DNA of 64,000 bases from an uncultured Desulfobacter sp. Lineage in GTDB: Bacteria; Desulfobacterota; Desulfobacteria; Desulfobacterales; Desulfobacteraceae. Position numbers and translations under genes: made by a program. This document shows positions 10,376 through 19,701 of the stretch, in pieces. The DNA is taken from NCBI GenBank assembly GCA_963665095.1, contig OY762069.1, forward strand, positions 3,488,001 to 3,552,000, in the 5' to 3' direction. Under the pieces are notes generated by a model, which saw nothing but the letters and a program-made list of their open reading frames with translations, made no database searches and had not been told where the DNA came from. Positions within the stretch are counted from its first letter, which is position 1. The number at the start of each line of letters is the position of its first letter.

Positions 10376-10808
10376 GACCTGCCTGATTTTTTTAAGTAAA
10401 AAACGAACCGGTTTGTATTCTAAGACTATTTAGATAGTAAAATCAACAAATTGTTCTAGAAACCGGCTCAAAATATTCTTTTGTTTCAACCCTCCGCGTT
10501 GAATCAGGAAAATAAACCCTCCGTTCGGAAAGGCATATATGCTCACAATACTTATTTTTCTCCAGGTTATTACTAATCAATTCAGATCAAAACCACGCTT
10601 TGTATCTATTATTTTTATAAGCTTCCACTTATATATTTAATTTACCTATATCAATATTGACATCAGCTATCCTGAATCTATATAGTAATCGAATTATCGA
10701 ATAATCCTTTGAGGAAATTCGCAGGAGCGGTTTTCCACGAAATTACTAAGGGGTTGGATTAATTGATTATAGTGCCAGTAGTTTTTAAACAGCATCAAGG
10801 AGGTGCCC

Positions 10809-11765
10809 GTGAAAGACGAACACATGTTGCCTGAAACGCAACAAAAAAAATCAGGAGTTACCCGCCGTAGCTTCCTGAAGACTGTTGCCGGTGCGGCGGC
10901 CGGCATCGGTGTATCACAGGTGGTGAATCCTGCGCTTGTAAAGGCCCTCGAAAAAGGGCTGAAACGGCATCCGGTTCTCTGGATTCAGGGACAGGGATGC
11001 ACAGGCTGCTCTGTGAGCCTGCTCAACAGCGTTGATCCCAAAATCGCAGATGTCCTTCTCAAGGTGATCAGTCTCCAGTACCATCCCACGGTCATGGCCA
11101 GTGAAGGTGAAACCGCCATGGAAAATCTGTTTGCCGTTGCCAAAGAATACCAGGGGAGATTCTCACTTGTCGTAGAGGGCGCCATTCCCACGGCAGCCGA
11201 CGGCAAGTACTGCGTTGTTGGGGATTACAACCACAAAGAGTACACCATGGTTGACCTGGTCAAGGAGATCGCTCCCATGGCAGGCTCCTGTCTTGCTGTC
11301 GGCACCTGTGCCGCATACGGCGGCATTCCGGCTGCCAAAGGCAATGTTACCGGAGCCACCGGCTGTAAGGATTTTTTCGCAGATAACGGTATCAAAACGC
11401 CTCTTGTCAATATTCCGGGTTGCCCGCCCCATCCGGACTGGATTGTCCTTTCCGTTGTGCATCTTCTGGAAAAGGGCATTCCTGAACTCGATGACTACGG
11501 CCGTCCCACGCTGTTTTTCGGTGAGAACATCCATGACAACTGCCCACGGCTTGAAATGTATGAAAATGACGAGCTGGCCAAAACCCTGTCCGACCCCAAG
11601 GGCTGCCGCATGGATATCGGCTGCAAGGGACCGTCCACCTATGCGGACTGCTACAAGAGAAAATGGAACAGCGGCCTGAACTGGTGCGTGGATAATGCCG
11701 TGTGTATCGGTTGCGTTGAACCCGGATTCCCGGATGAATCATCACCCTTTTACGAACCCGCATAA
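10809..11765 (+). CDS. hysB: [NiFeSe] hydrogenase small subunit, Tat-exported
   Basis: Tat motif TRRSFLK; CTGC, GTCAAYGG, PGCPPHP, IHDNC, GCKGP and CIGC; RBS AAGGAGG favours GTG 10809 (alternative 10803). Confidence 0.92.
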   Translation: MKDEHMLPETQQKKSGVTRRSFLKTVAGAAAGIGVSQVVNPALVKALEKGLKRHPVLWIQGQGCTGCSVSLLNSVDPKIADVLLKVISLQYHPTVMASEGETAMENLFAVAKEYQGRFSLVVEGAIPTAADGKYCVVGDYNHKEYTMVDLVKEIAPMAGSCLAVGTCAAYGGIPAAKGNVTGATGCKDFFADNGIKTPLVNIPGCPPHPDWIVLSVVHLLEKGIPELDDYGRPTLFFGENIHDNCPRLEMYENDELAKTLSDPKGCRMDIGCKGPSTYADCYKRKWNSGLNWCVDNAVCIGCVEPGFPDESSPFYEPA

Positions 11766-11794
11766 TTCACCGGAACTGATTAGGAGGAATACTT

Positions 11795-13306
11795 ATGTCA
11801 GGCAGTAAACCAGCTACCGAGCCCGTCGGCAGCTCCAAAAAACTTAAGGTCAGTATTGATCCGGTCACCAGGATCGAAGGCCATCTCAAGGCAGAGGTGG
11901 AAGTTAAGAACGGCGTTGTTGTAGACGCCCATTTATCCGGCGGCATGTACCGGGGGTTTGAACAGATCCTGGTGGGCCGTGATCCCAGGGATGCGGTTCA
12001 GATCACCCAGAGAATCTGCGGGGTGTGCCCCACAGCCCATGCCACGGCATCGTCCCTGGCACTGGATGACGCCTTTGGTGTCACCCTTACAGACAACGGA
12101 CGGATTGCCAGGAACCTGATTCTGGGTGCCAACTTCATCCAGTCTCATATCCTTCATTTTTACCATCTGGCGGCCCTGGATTATGTCAAAGGTCCGGACA
12201 CCGCCCCCTTTATTCCCAGATATAAAAATCATGATCTGCGCCTGCCCAAAGATATCAATGATGTGGGCGTGGGCCAGTACCTTGAAGCCCTTGAGATGCG
12301 TAAAATCTGCCATGAGATGGTGGCGCTTCTCGGCGGCAAAATGCCCCATGTCCAGGGTATTGTGGTGGGCGGCACCACGGAGATTCCCACCCGGGAAGCC
12401 CTGAACGCCTATGCGGAGCGGTTCAAGAAAGTCCGTAAATTCGTCATGGAAAAATATATCCCTGTGATCTACACCCTGGCAGGCCCTTACGGCGATCTGC
12501 TTAAAACCGGTGTGGGTCATAAGAACCTGGTCTCCTGGGGCGTTTTCCCCATAGACAACAAGGGAAACACGCTGTTGAAACCAGGTGTCTACACCGACGG
12601 AAAAGACTATACAGTGGATCCGGCCCAGATTAAGGAATATGTTAAATACTCCTGGTTTGAAGACGGCACCACAGGGCTGAACCCCACCGTGGGTAAAACC
12701 CGTCCCCAGCCGGGGAAAGCCGGTGCCTACTCTTTTATCAAGGCCCCGAGATACAATGACAAACCCCATGAAGGCGGTCCCCTTGCCAGAATGTGGGCCA
12801 CCAACCCGGAACTGTCCAAAGCCGGCCAGGACGCATTGGGCGTTAAAAAACTGCGCGACATCGGTGATGCCTGCTTCTCCATTCTGGGCCGTCATCTGGC
12901 AAGGGCTGAAGAGACCGGTCTGGTTTGCGCGGCTGTGGAACAGTGGCTGGCCGAAGCCACCCCGGGCAAAGAGACCTTTGTACCGGCAGACATTCCTGAA
13001 AACGCAGAAGGCCTTGGCATGACAGAGGCCCCACGAGGTGCGCTGCTGCACTATGTGGACATCAAGGACTCGGTTATTTCCAATTACCAGATCACCTCAG
13101 CCACCATCTGGAACGCCAACCCCAGGGATGACATGGGCCAAAGAGGCCCCATTGAAGAGGCCCTGATCGGCGTGCCCGTACCTGATGTGGACAATCCGGT
13201 GAATGTCGGGCGCCTGATACGCGCCTACGACCCCTGACTGGGCTGCGCCGTCCACGTGCTGGACGCAGATACCGGCAAGGAAATTAAAGTGGAACTTCCC
13301 CTGTAA
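11795..13306 (+). CDS. hysA: [NiFeSe] hydrogenase large subunit; selenocysteine at TGA 13235-13237
   Basis: RIEGH and RICGVC; reading through TGA gives DP-U-LGCAVH-VLDADTGKEIKVELPL with TAA at 13304-13306. Confidence 0.95.
13243..13268 (+). promoter_or_regulatory. Candidate bacterial SECIS hairpin
   Basis: CTGC-GCC-GTCCA-CGTGC-TGGAC-GCAG stem-loop starting 6 nt after the in-frame UGA. Confidence 0.7.
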
Positions 13307-13336
13307 CGGATTCCCTTTATAAAAAATCACAATACC

Positions 13337-13372
13337 ATGGGGAGGCAGGAATTCCAGCCTCCCCATTTTTTT
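13337..13372 (+). terminator. Intrinsic terminator after hysA
   Basis: ATGGGGAGGC...GCCTCCCCAT followed by a T-tract. Confidence 0.8.
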
Positions 13373-13456
13373 AACCATTACTTCACGACTTGAAAACCGT
13401 TGAGATTCCGGTTAAAAATAAGGCGTTGAAAGCGTTTAACAAAACAGGTCTAATAT

Positions 13457-13939
13457 ATGAAAAAATTACTGGTTCTGGGTGTGGGCAATATCTTAATGCA
13501 GGATGAGGGCATCGGCGTCCATGCCATCAACGCCTTCTGGGAAGAGTTGGATGACTGGAAAGAGGCGGATGTGGATTTCATTGACGGCGGCACCTTTACC
13601 CAGGATATCTTCTACCTGTTTGAAGAGTACGAAAACATCCTGGTCCTGGATATTGTCCGGGCGGGCCAGGAGCCCGGCACCATCTTCACCCTGGAAGAGG
13701 ACCAGCTTCGAAAAGATGAAAAGCAGATGCTCTCTTTGCATGACATCGACCTTCTGGACTCCCTGGGCATGGCTGAAATGCGCGGTCACAGGCCCTATCT
13801 TCGGGTGGTGGGCATTGAGCCGGATACCATTGACTGGGGAACGGAACTTACCCCACCTTTAGCTGAAGCTTTTACCGGTTATTTAAAGGTGATCCGCAAA
13901 CATATCAAACAGATACTTACTACATCCGGAACATCCTGA
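13457..13939 (+). CDS. Hydrogenase maturation endopeptidase (HyaD/HybD family)
   Basis: LGVGNILMQDEGIG, IDGGT and SLHD; directly downstream of hysA. Confidence 0.92.
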   Translation: MKKLLVLGVGNILMQDEGIGVHAINAFWEELDDWKEADVDFIDGGTFTQDIFYLFEEYENILVLDIVRAGQEPGTIFTLEEDQLRKDEKQMLSLHDIDLLDSLGMAEMRGHRPYLRVVGIEPDTIDWGTELTPPLAEAFTGYLKVIRKHIKQILTTSGTS

Positions 13940-14065
13940 TCTCATTGTTTTTTTTCACTGCGCGGCTTGGCAAAAATTCCGGATCTTTCATAGTGATAAA
14001 TGCATGCAGATTTTATGATCTGTATGCATCCTTTCTTACCCCTTTAGTTTTAAGGAGGCCTTCGT

Positions 14066-14470
14066 ATGGTTACATTAAAAATCGCAAAGAAACTGCTTGA
14101 TGCCGCCGAGAAAAAGGCAACGGAAATCAAGGTGCCCATGGTGATCACCATCATGGATGCCGGTGCCCGCCTTGTGGCCCAGCACCGCATGGACGGAGCG
14201 CTTTTAGCAAGCCTTGAGATCTCCAAACAAAAAGCATACACCGCCATTGCGCTGCAGGGGCCCACCCATGCCTTTGCCGAGGCAGCCGCCCCGGGCGGCT
14301 CCCTTTACGGATTGATCACAACCGACCAGAGCCGTCTGGTTGTATTTGGCGGTGGATTTCCCCTGAAAGATAAAAAGGGAAATATCGTTGGATCAATTGG
14401 CGTGAGCGGTGGCTCCGTTGAAGAGGACATGACCTGTGCTGAAGCAGGCGTCGCAGCGTTTAAAGGTTGA
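14066..14470 (+). CDS. GlcG/HbpS-family heme-binding protein
   Basis: RMDGA, KAYTA, FGGGFPL and IGVSGG..EED. Confidence 0.88.
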   Translation: MVTLKIAKKLLDAAEKKATEIKVPMVITIMDAGARLVAQHRMDGALLASLEISKQKAYTAIALQGPTHAFAEAAAPGGSLYGLITTDQSRLVVFGGGFPLKDKKGNIVGSIGVSGGSVEEDMTCAEAGVAAFKG

Positions 14471-14473
14471 TTA

Positions 14474-14770
14474 TTACTGATTTCCGCCATCCTGGAGGCC
14501 GCAAGCCTTGCCAGGATGGTTTTTTTTGTTGTTTGCCCACAGGGATTTACGATAGTCAGAAGGACGGACTCCGTACTCCTTAAAAAAAGAAGCGGCAAAA
14601 TGGCTTGAACTGCAAAATCCCGATTCATACGCGATCCACGTCAGATCCACCGGGTTTTCTTCCATGAGCATCCGGGCATAGGACAGCCACTCTTTTCGCA
14701 GGTATTCAAATACCGTGTATCCAAACACCGCTTTGAACCCTTTATTCAGCTGGGTGTGGCTCAGGCCGGA
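14474..14770 (-). pseudogene. C-terminal fragment of an AraC-family regulator
   Basis: GLSHTQLNKGFKAVFGYTVFEYLR...IAYESGFCSSSHFAASFFKEYGVRPSDYR, with no N-terminal domain. Confidence 0.7.
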
Positions 14771-14911
14771 TTTGACCGGATAGATTCAAAGATGGTCCAT
14801 CTGCCCAGCGGTGGTTAAATAAACATAGAGATGCCACAATTTTGGGATTAATCCGGCCTGACCGGTTGACATTTAAATCCATCGGGTATATTTACGCACC
14901 ATTCATTATTG

Positions 14912-14924
14912 ACCGACGGTCGGT
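14912..14924. promoter_or_regulatory. Candidate TetR autoregulatory operator ACCGAC-G-GTCGGT
   Basis: 6-1-6 palindrome overlapping a TTGACC hexamer upstream of the TetR gene. Confidence 0.6.
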
Positions 14925-14964
14925 TTATAGATTGCCATTACTATCCAATGGAGCTGCAATTGAA

Positions 14965-15588
14965 ATGGTTAGAGTTGTAAAAAAACCAGATGAACGGCGC
15001 AGGGAAATTATTCAAGCTGCCAGAACACTTTTCGAGACCCAGGCATATCACAAGACAACCATGCAGGAAATCATGAAGACCCTCAATATCGCCAAGGGGA
15101 CCATCTACCACTACTTTTCTTCCAAGGATGATCTGTTGGAAGCGGTTGTTGAAGACCTTATTGACGAAGAGCTTGAACGAAAAAAGAACCTGCTGGACAG
15201 CAAGGCATGCCGGAATCTCAACGCTTTGGAAAAAATAAAAATTATGGTGACAACAGATACCATGGCAGAAAAAAATGAACAGATTCTGGAAAACATTCAT
15301 GCCCAGGAAAACACGCGCATGCATTCAAGACAGCTTGGCCGTTACCTGGTAAAACTAGCGCCTCTTTTTGCAGAGGTAATTGAGCAGGGGTGCCATGAGG
15401 GTGTATTCAAAACCGGCCATCCTTTGGAGTGTGCCGAATTCATGCTGGCCGGGGTCCAGTTTTTAACGGATGTGGGATTTTACCCCTGGGAGAATGACCA
15501 GCTTGCACGTCGGGCCAGTGCCTTTCCCGCCTTAATTGAATCACAGCTTAACGCCCCCAAAGGCGCGTTTGGCTTTCTCATCGGATAA
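14965..15588 (+). CDS. TetR/AcrR-family regulator
   Basis: N-terminal HTH TTMQEIMKTLNIAKGTIYHYFSSKDDLL. Confidence 0.9.
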   Translation: MVRVVKKPDERRREIIQAARTLFETQAYHKTTMQEIMKTLNIAKGTIYHYFSSKDDLLEAVVEDLIDEELERKKNLLDSKACRNLNALEKIKIMVTTDTMAEKNEQILENIHAQENTRMHSRQLGRYLVKLAPLFAEVIEQGCHEGVFKTGHPLECAEFMLAGVQFLTDVGFYPWENDQLARRASAFPALIESQLNAPKGAFGFLIG

Positions 15589-15812
15589 AAGAACCGCTTT
15601 TAAACAGGAGCATATAATTAAGATGGTCTCCCAGAAAAACTATTTTCCAGGAATTAATTTTCCCCTGGTCCTTTTAACCACATCAATTTTCTGGATTCCC
15701 GGGGCATGTATGAGCTTTAATCATGCAGAACCTGGTTTGTTTTTTTCCACAACCCACCTTGTTTCCGATGAAACAAGATAATTTAAACTAGTTATTCAGG
15801 AATTATCACATC

Positions 15813-16772
15813 ATGAAATCTATTTATTACTGGCTGCCGGCTCTTTTTTTATTCATTTCGGTGACGGTGAATGCACAAGAACAGGAAAAGGAAAATTACG
15901 GATTCTCCGGGAGGATTCAGGCGGGCGCTCTTTTCTTTCAAACGGACAGCCAGCTGATCGCAACAGACAACAACCTTGTAAACCATGACCTTAAAGATTC
16001 TGCAGAGACCTATGATAATAGCATGTTCTTTGCCACGGGACAGGTGCAGTACCAGTTTAAAAGCGGGACCACCCTGTATGTGGGTAATCCTCTGGAGGTG
16101 GGACAGGATGTCACCCTTGCCGCAGGCGTTACGCACCCCATGGACACCACGACCCTGGACGTGGCTGTGACCTGGCTGCCCTTTGGTGAGGTCTGGAAGA
16201 ATCCCTATTTAACCGGAAAGAAAAGGCAGAAAAGCGATTTAGATTCCTATGGACTGCGCTTGAAACTGACCCAGATTCTGGGCAGCCCGTGGGAGGCGGA
16301 GTATAAGCTTTGCAGTATCAATGTCGAAGAAGATGACATAGGAGACCTGGAAGCCGATCTGCAACGGGACGGACGGGTCCACGAACTGGGAATCAAATAC
16401 ACCATTCCGGTGGGATCAGGCACCAGTATCCGCCCGGATCTCGGTCTTAGTTTCGGAGACATCAAAGGTAAAAGCAACCGCTATCACGGGGTCAGTGCCG
16501 GAGTATTGTGCCGGAAACAGGCTTTTCCCTGGATTTTTATCGGCCGGATCGGCGGTTCTTTTAAGCAGTATGACAGCACCCATCCGATTTTTAATGAAAC
16601 AAGAAATGAATGGGGCTTGAATGTATTCGGCCAGGTGATGAGACTCAACCTGTTTGGAGTAGAGCCCCTTTTTGCAAGCCTGATGGCGGGCTATGGACAC
16701 TCAGATGCCAATATTGATTTCTTTGACAGCCACTCTACAATCGCCATGATCAGTTCAGGGGTTAATTTCTAA
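15813..16772 (+). CDS. Outer-membrane beta-barrel protein (DUF2860-like)
   Basis: Signal peptide, EVWKNPYLTG, amphipathic strands, C-terminal Phe. Confidence 0.65.
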   Translation: MKSIYYWLPALFLFISVTVNAQEQEKENYGFSGRIQAGALFFQTDSQLIATDNNLVNHDLKDSAETYDNSMFFATGQVQYQFKSGTTLYVGNPLEVGQDVTLAAGVTHPMDTTTLDVAVTWLPFGEVWKNPYLTGKKRQKSDLDSYGLRLKLTQILGSPWEAEYKLCSINVEEDDIGDLEADLQRDGRVHELGIKYTIPVGSGTSIRPDLGLSFGDIKGKSNRYHGVSAGVLCRKQAFPWIFIGRIGGSFKQYDSTHPIFNETRNEWGLNVFGQVMRLNLFGVEPLFASLMAGYGHSDANIDFFDSHSTIAMISSGVNF

Positions 16773-17155
16773 TGAATCAGTTCAATGGGAAACTGCGTCA
16801 GCATTTTGTCCATTGTGGCCAAAGGCATTTCTTCGAGTTTGGACTGGGCAGCCAGCATACGGTCAAACGGGTCTTTGTGGGGCACGTCCCACATCCCTGC
16901 CATCTGGGCATGTTCAGGTTTTATCGCCATGGAATGAAATCCTGCTTTGACAATCCACTTAGGGACATCGGCAGCCACAGCCTGGGCTTCCGGTAATTTG
17001 CCGATCCTGTATTTCGTTGCAATTTCCCAGACTGACGCGGCACTCACAAAGATCGTTGTATCCATATTTTGAATCTGTTTGCGCAGGCTGTCTGACAGAT
17101 GCGGGTCATCAAACAGCCACCAAAGGAAAATATGTGTATCAAGCAATATCACCAT
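16769..17155 (-). CDS. vapC: PIN-domain toxin
   Basis: LLDTH, SVWEI and HKDPFDRML. Confidence 0.92.
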   Translation of the reverse strand: MVILLDTHIFLWWLFDDPHLSDSLRKQIQNMDTTIFVSAASVWEIATKYRIGKLPEAQAVAADVPKWIVKAGFHSMAIKPEHAQMAGMWDVPHKDPFDRMLAAQSKLEEMPLATMDKMLTQFPIELIH

Positions 17156-17377
17156 TTATTCCCAGGCTTGAAGTTCATCATCCGGTAAAGGGTCAAAAAA
17201 GGCGTCTGTCACTCGGCCGTTGGCGATGCCGGGCTTTCTGTGCGCCTGTTTTTTCAGTGGGACCAGTCTGGCATAGGGTTTTCCCGCTTTGGAAATAATA
17301 ATTTCCTCACCGGCATGAACCCGCAGCAGCAACTTTGAAAAATGAGTTTTTGCTTCATGAATATTTATTGATTCCAT
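17156..17377 (-). CDS. Phd/YefM-family antitoxin
   Basis: NIHEAKTHFSKLL...EEIIISKAGKPYARLVP; directly upstream of vapC. Confidence 0.9.
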   Translation of the reverse strand: MESINIHEAKTHFSKLLLRVHAGEEIIISKAGKPYARLVPLKKQAHRKPGIANGRVTDAFFDPLPDDELQAWE

Positions 17378-17482
17378 TCTGTCAGCCCCCACCATAGGTT
17401 AGTCCATTTGCCTTAGTCTACCTCTTTAACGAGAATCATGTCAAGATATAGAGGCTTTTACTCGTTTCGAAGCTCAACCGTG

Positions 17483-18496
17483 TCAGCAGATCCGGGGCAG
17501 CTGCTCCCCGACCAGCATATCCACAATGCGGGTGCCGCCGATAAGGGTTTCGAGTATTACCCGGCCGGGATCCTGGTCTGTGACCTCTCCTACGATCACG
17601 GCCTCTTTGCCGAACTCATCTTTGTGGATGGTTTCAAGGACCTTTTGGGCATGGGCTTCGGGGACAATGGCGATGAGTTTTCCTTCATTGGCAAGATATA
17701 AGGGATCAAAGCCTAAAAGTTCGCAGATGCCCTGGACCGGACCGCGGACCGGCAGCTTTTCTTCAAAGAGCTTGATGCCCACTTTTGACTGAACGGCAAT
17801 TTCGTTCAATGTCGTACCAAGTCCACCGCGAGTGGGATCGCGCAGGACATGGACCGGGCATCCCAGGTCCAGAATAGCCTGAACCATATGGTTTAACGGG
17901 GCGGAGTCGCTTTTTACATCAGAGTCGAATTTCAATCCTTCCCGTTCGCTTAAGATGGTAACCCCGTGGTCGGCAATGGTGCCGGAGACAATCACTTTGT
18001 CTCCGGGCTGGGCACAGTCGCCGGAGACATTTACGCCTTCCCGAATTAGTCCGATCCCGGACGTATTAATGAAGATCTTGTCTACCTTGCCTTTGGGCAC
18101 TACTTTGGTATCGCCGGTGACGATCTGAACCCCTGCTTTTCTGGCCGCATCGGCCATGGAGTGAAGAATGCGTTTAAGATCTGCTGTCTTCATGCCCTCT
18201 TCAATGATCAGTCCCACGGAGAGGTACAAAGGTTTGGCCCCGCACATGGAGACATCGTTGACCGTGCCGTTAACCGCCAGCTCCCCGATATCCCCGCCGG
18301 GGAAAAAGATGGGATCCACGGTATAGGAGTCAGTTGAAAAGGCAAGTTTTCCCGCAGGCACATCAAATACGGCTCCGTCATCCTGCCTGGCCAGGTGGGC
18401 ATTTTCAAACAGGGGCAGAATCATTTCCGCAAACATGGCGTGGGAGGCTTTGCCCCCGGCGCCTTGGTCCAGAAGAACTGTATCATTATCGCTCAT
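17483..18496 (-). CDS. hypE: Hydrogenase maturation protein HypE
   Basis: GAGG, NGTVND, VTGDTKVV, RDPTRGG and C-terminal PRIC. Confidence 0.97.
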   Translation of the reverse strand: MSDNDTVLLDQGAGGKASHAMFAEMILPLFENAHLARQDDGAVFDVPAGKLAFSTDSYTVDPIFFPGGDIGELAVNGTVNDVSMCGAKPLYLSVGLIIEEGMKTADLKRILHSMADAARKAGVQIVTGDTKVVPKGKVDKIFINTSGIGLIREGVNVSGDCAQPGDKVIVSGTIADHGVTILSEREGLKFDSDVKSDSAPLNHMVQAILDLGCPVHVLRDPTRGGLGTTLNEIAVQSKVGIKLFEEKLPVRGPVQGICELLGFDPLYLANEGKLIAIVPEAHAQKVLETIHKDEFGKEAVIVGEVTDQDPGRVILETLIGGTRIVDMLVGEQLPRIC

Positions 18497-18584
18497 GTTA
18501 TTATCCTTGATTTTCCGGGATCCCAAAGCACCGGCCGAATCCGGCGCGGCAGTTACCTGATCCAGGATCAATTGTCCTTGTATC

Positions 18585-19673
18585 TTACCGGCTGTATTTA
18601 TAAAAGGCAGCACACGACCCTTCGCTTGACACCATGCAGGGCCCCACCGGATGCATGGGGGTGCAGGCCTTTTTATATAGTTTGCACTCATCCGGCCGTT
18701 TCAGACCCATTAAAATCTGTCCACAGGCGCATCCGGGCGGCTCTTTTGTTTCAGGGACGGACATCTTAAATTTTCCGGCGGCATCAAATTGACTGAACTC
18801 CTTTTTCAGGACCATACCGGAATCAGGAATGGGGCCAATCCCCCGCCACAGGGCATCTCCCTTTTCAAACGCCTGTTCCATGACGGCCCGGGCTTTGGGG
18901 TTTCCGGCATCTGCCACAGCCCTTGGATAGGCGTTAACCAGTTCGGGCCGGCTTCCTTCATTCATCTCCACCAGCATGAGGACGGACTGAAGGATATCTA
19001 CCGGTTCAAACCCTGTGACCACTGACGGGATCTGATACTTTTCAAAGGTATCATAGAAAGCATCCAGCCCGGTGATCACGGATACGTGTCCCGGCAGAAT
19101 AAATCCGTCAATTTTCACCCCATCGGTTTCCATGAGTGCGGCTAAGGCCGGCGGGGTCAGTTTGTTGGCGCTATAGATGCTGAAATTTTCCACCCCCTGG
19201 GCTTTCGCCGTAAGAACAGCGCCGGCAATGGTGGGAATGGTGGTTTCAAACCCCACGGCGCAGAAGACCACCTCTTTATCCGGGTTCTCTTTGGCCACGG
19301 CAAGGGCATCAAAAATAGAGTAAACCATGCGAACATCGGCACCTTTGGCCTTTTCTGCGGCCAGGCTGGATCCGGAGCCCGGCACCTTCATCAGATCTCC
19401 GAAGGTGGTCAGAATCACCTCGGGTCTTCGTGCCAGCATGACATAGGCATCAATGTCCTTCTGGGCGGTGACGCACACAGGACACCCCGGCCCTGAGAGC
19501 AGTGTGATGGTATCCGGCAGCACAGACCTGATGCCGTAACGAAAGATAGCCATGGTATGGGTGCCGCACACCTCCATCAGACGCAAGGGTTTGCGGCTTT
19601 TTTCACGAATCTGGGTCACCAGGGCCTTGGCAAGTTCCGGGTCCCTGAATTCCTTGCTGTATGTCAAGCTCAT
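18585..19673 (-). CDS. hypD: Hydrogenase maturation protein HypD
   Basis: MEVCGTH, GPGCPVC, GFETT, PGHVS and CMVSSEGSC. Confidence 0.97.
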   Translation of the reverse strand: MSLTYSKEFRDPELAKALVTQIREKSRKPLRLMEVCGTHTMAIFRYGIRSVLPDTITLLSGPGCPVCVTAQKDIDAYVMLARRPEVILTTFGDLMKVPGSGSSLAAEKAKGADVRMVYSIFDALAVAKENPDKEVVFCAVGFETTIPTIAGAVLTAKAQGVENFSIYSANKLTPPALAALMETDGVKIDGFILPGHVSVITGLDAFYDTFEKYQIPSVVTGFEPVDILQSVLMLVEMNEGSRPELVNAYPRAVADAGNPKARAVMEQAFEKGDALWRGIGPIPDSGMVLKKEFSQFDAAGKFKMSVPETKEPPGCACGQILMGLKRPDECKLYKKACTPMHPVGPCMVSSEGSCAAFYKYSR

Positions 19674-19701
19674 GGGCTGCCTTTATCTGCTTTATTATAT
19701 G

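Noticed and set aside
11795..13237. Truncated hydrogenase pseudogene
   Set aside because: The UGA sits at the Sec position, with a SECIS-like hairpin and a conserved downstream tail.
18497..18691. N-terminal extensions of HypE (and of HypF, 22147-22284) in the ORF track
   Set aside because: They overlap hypD and hypC; family homology starts at the downstream ATGs.
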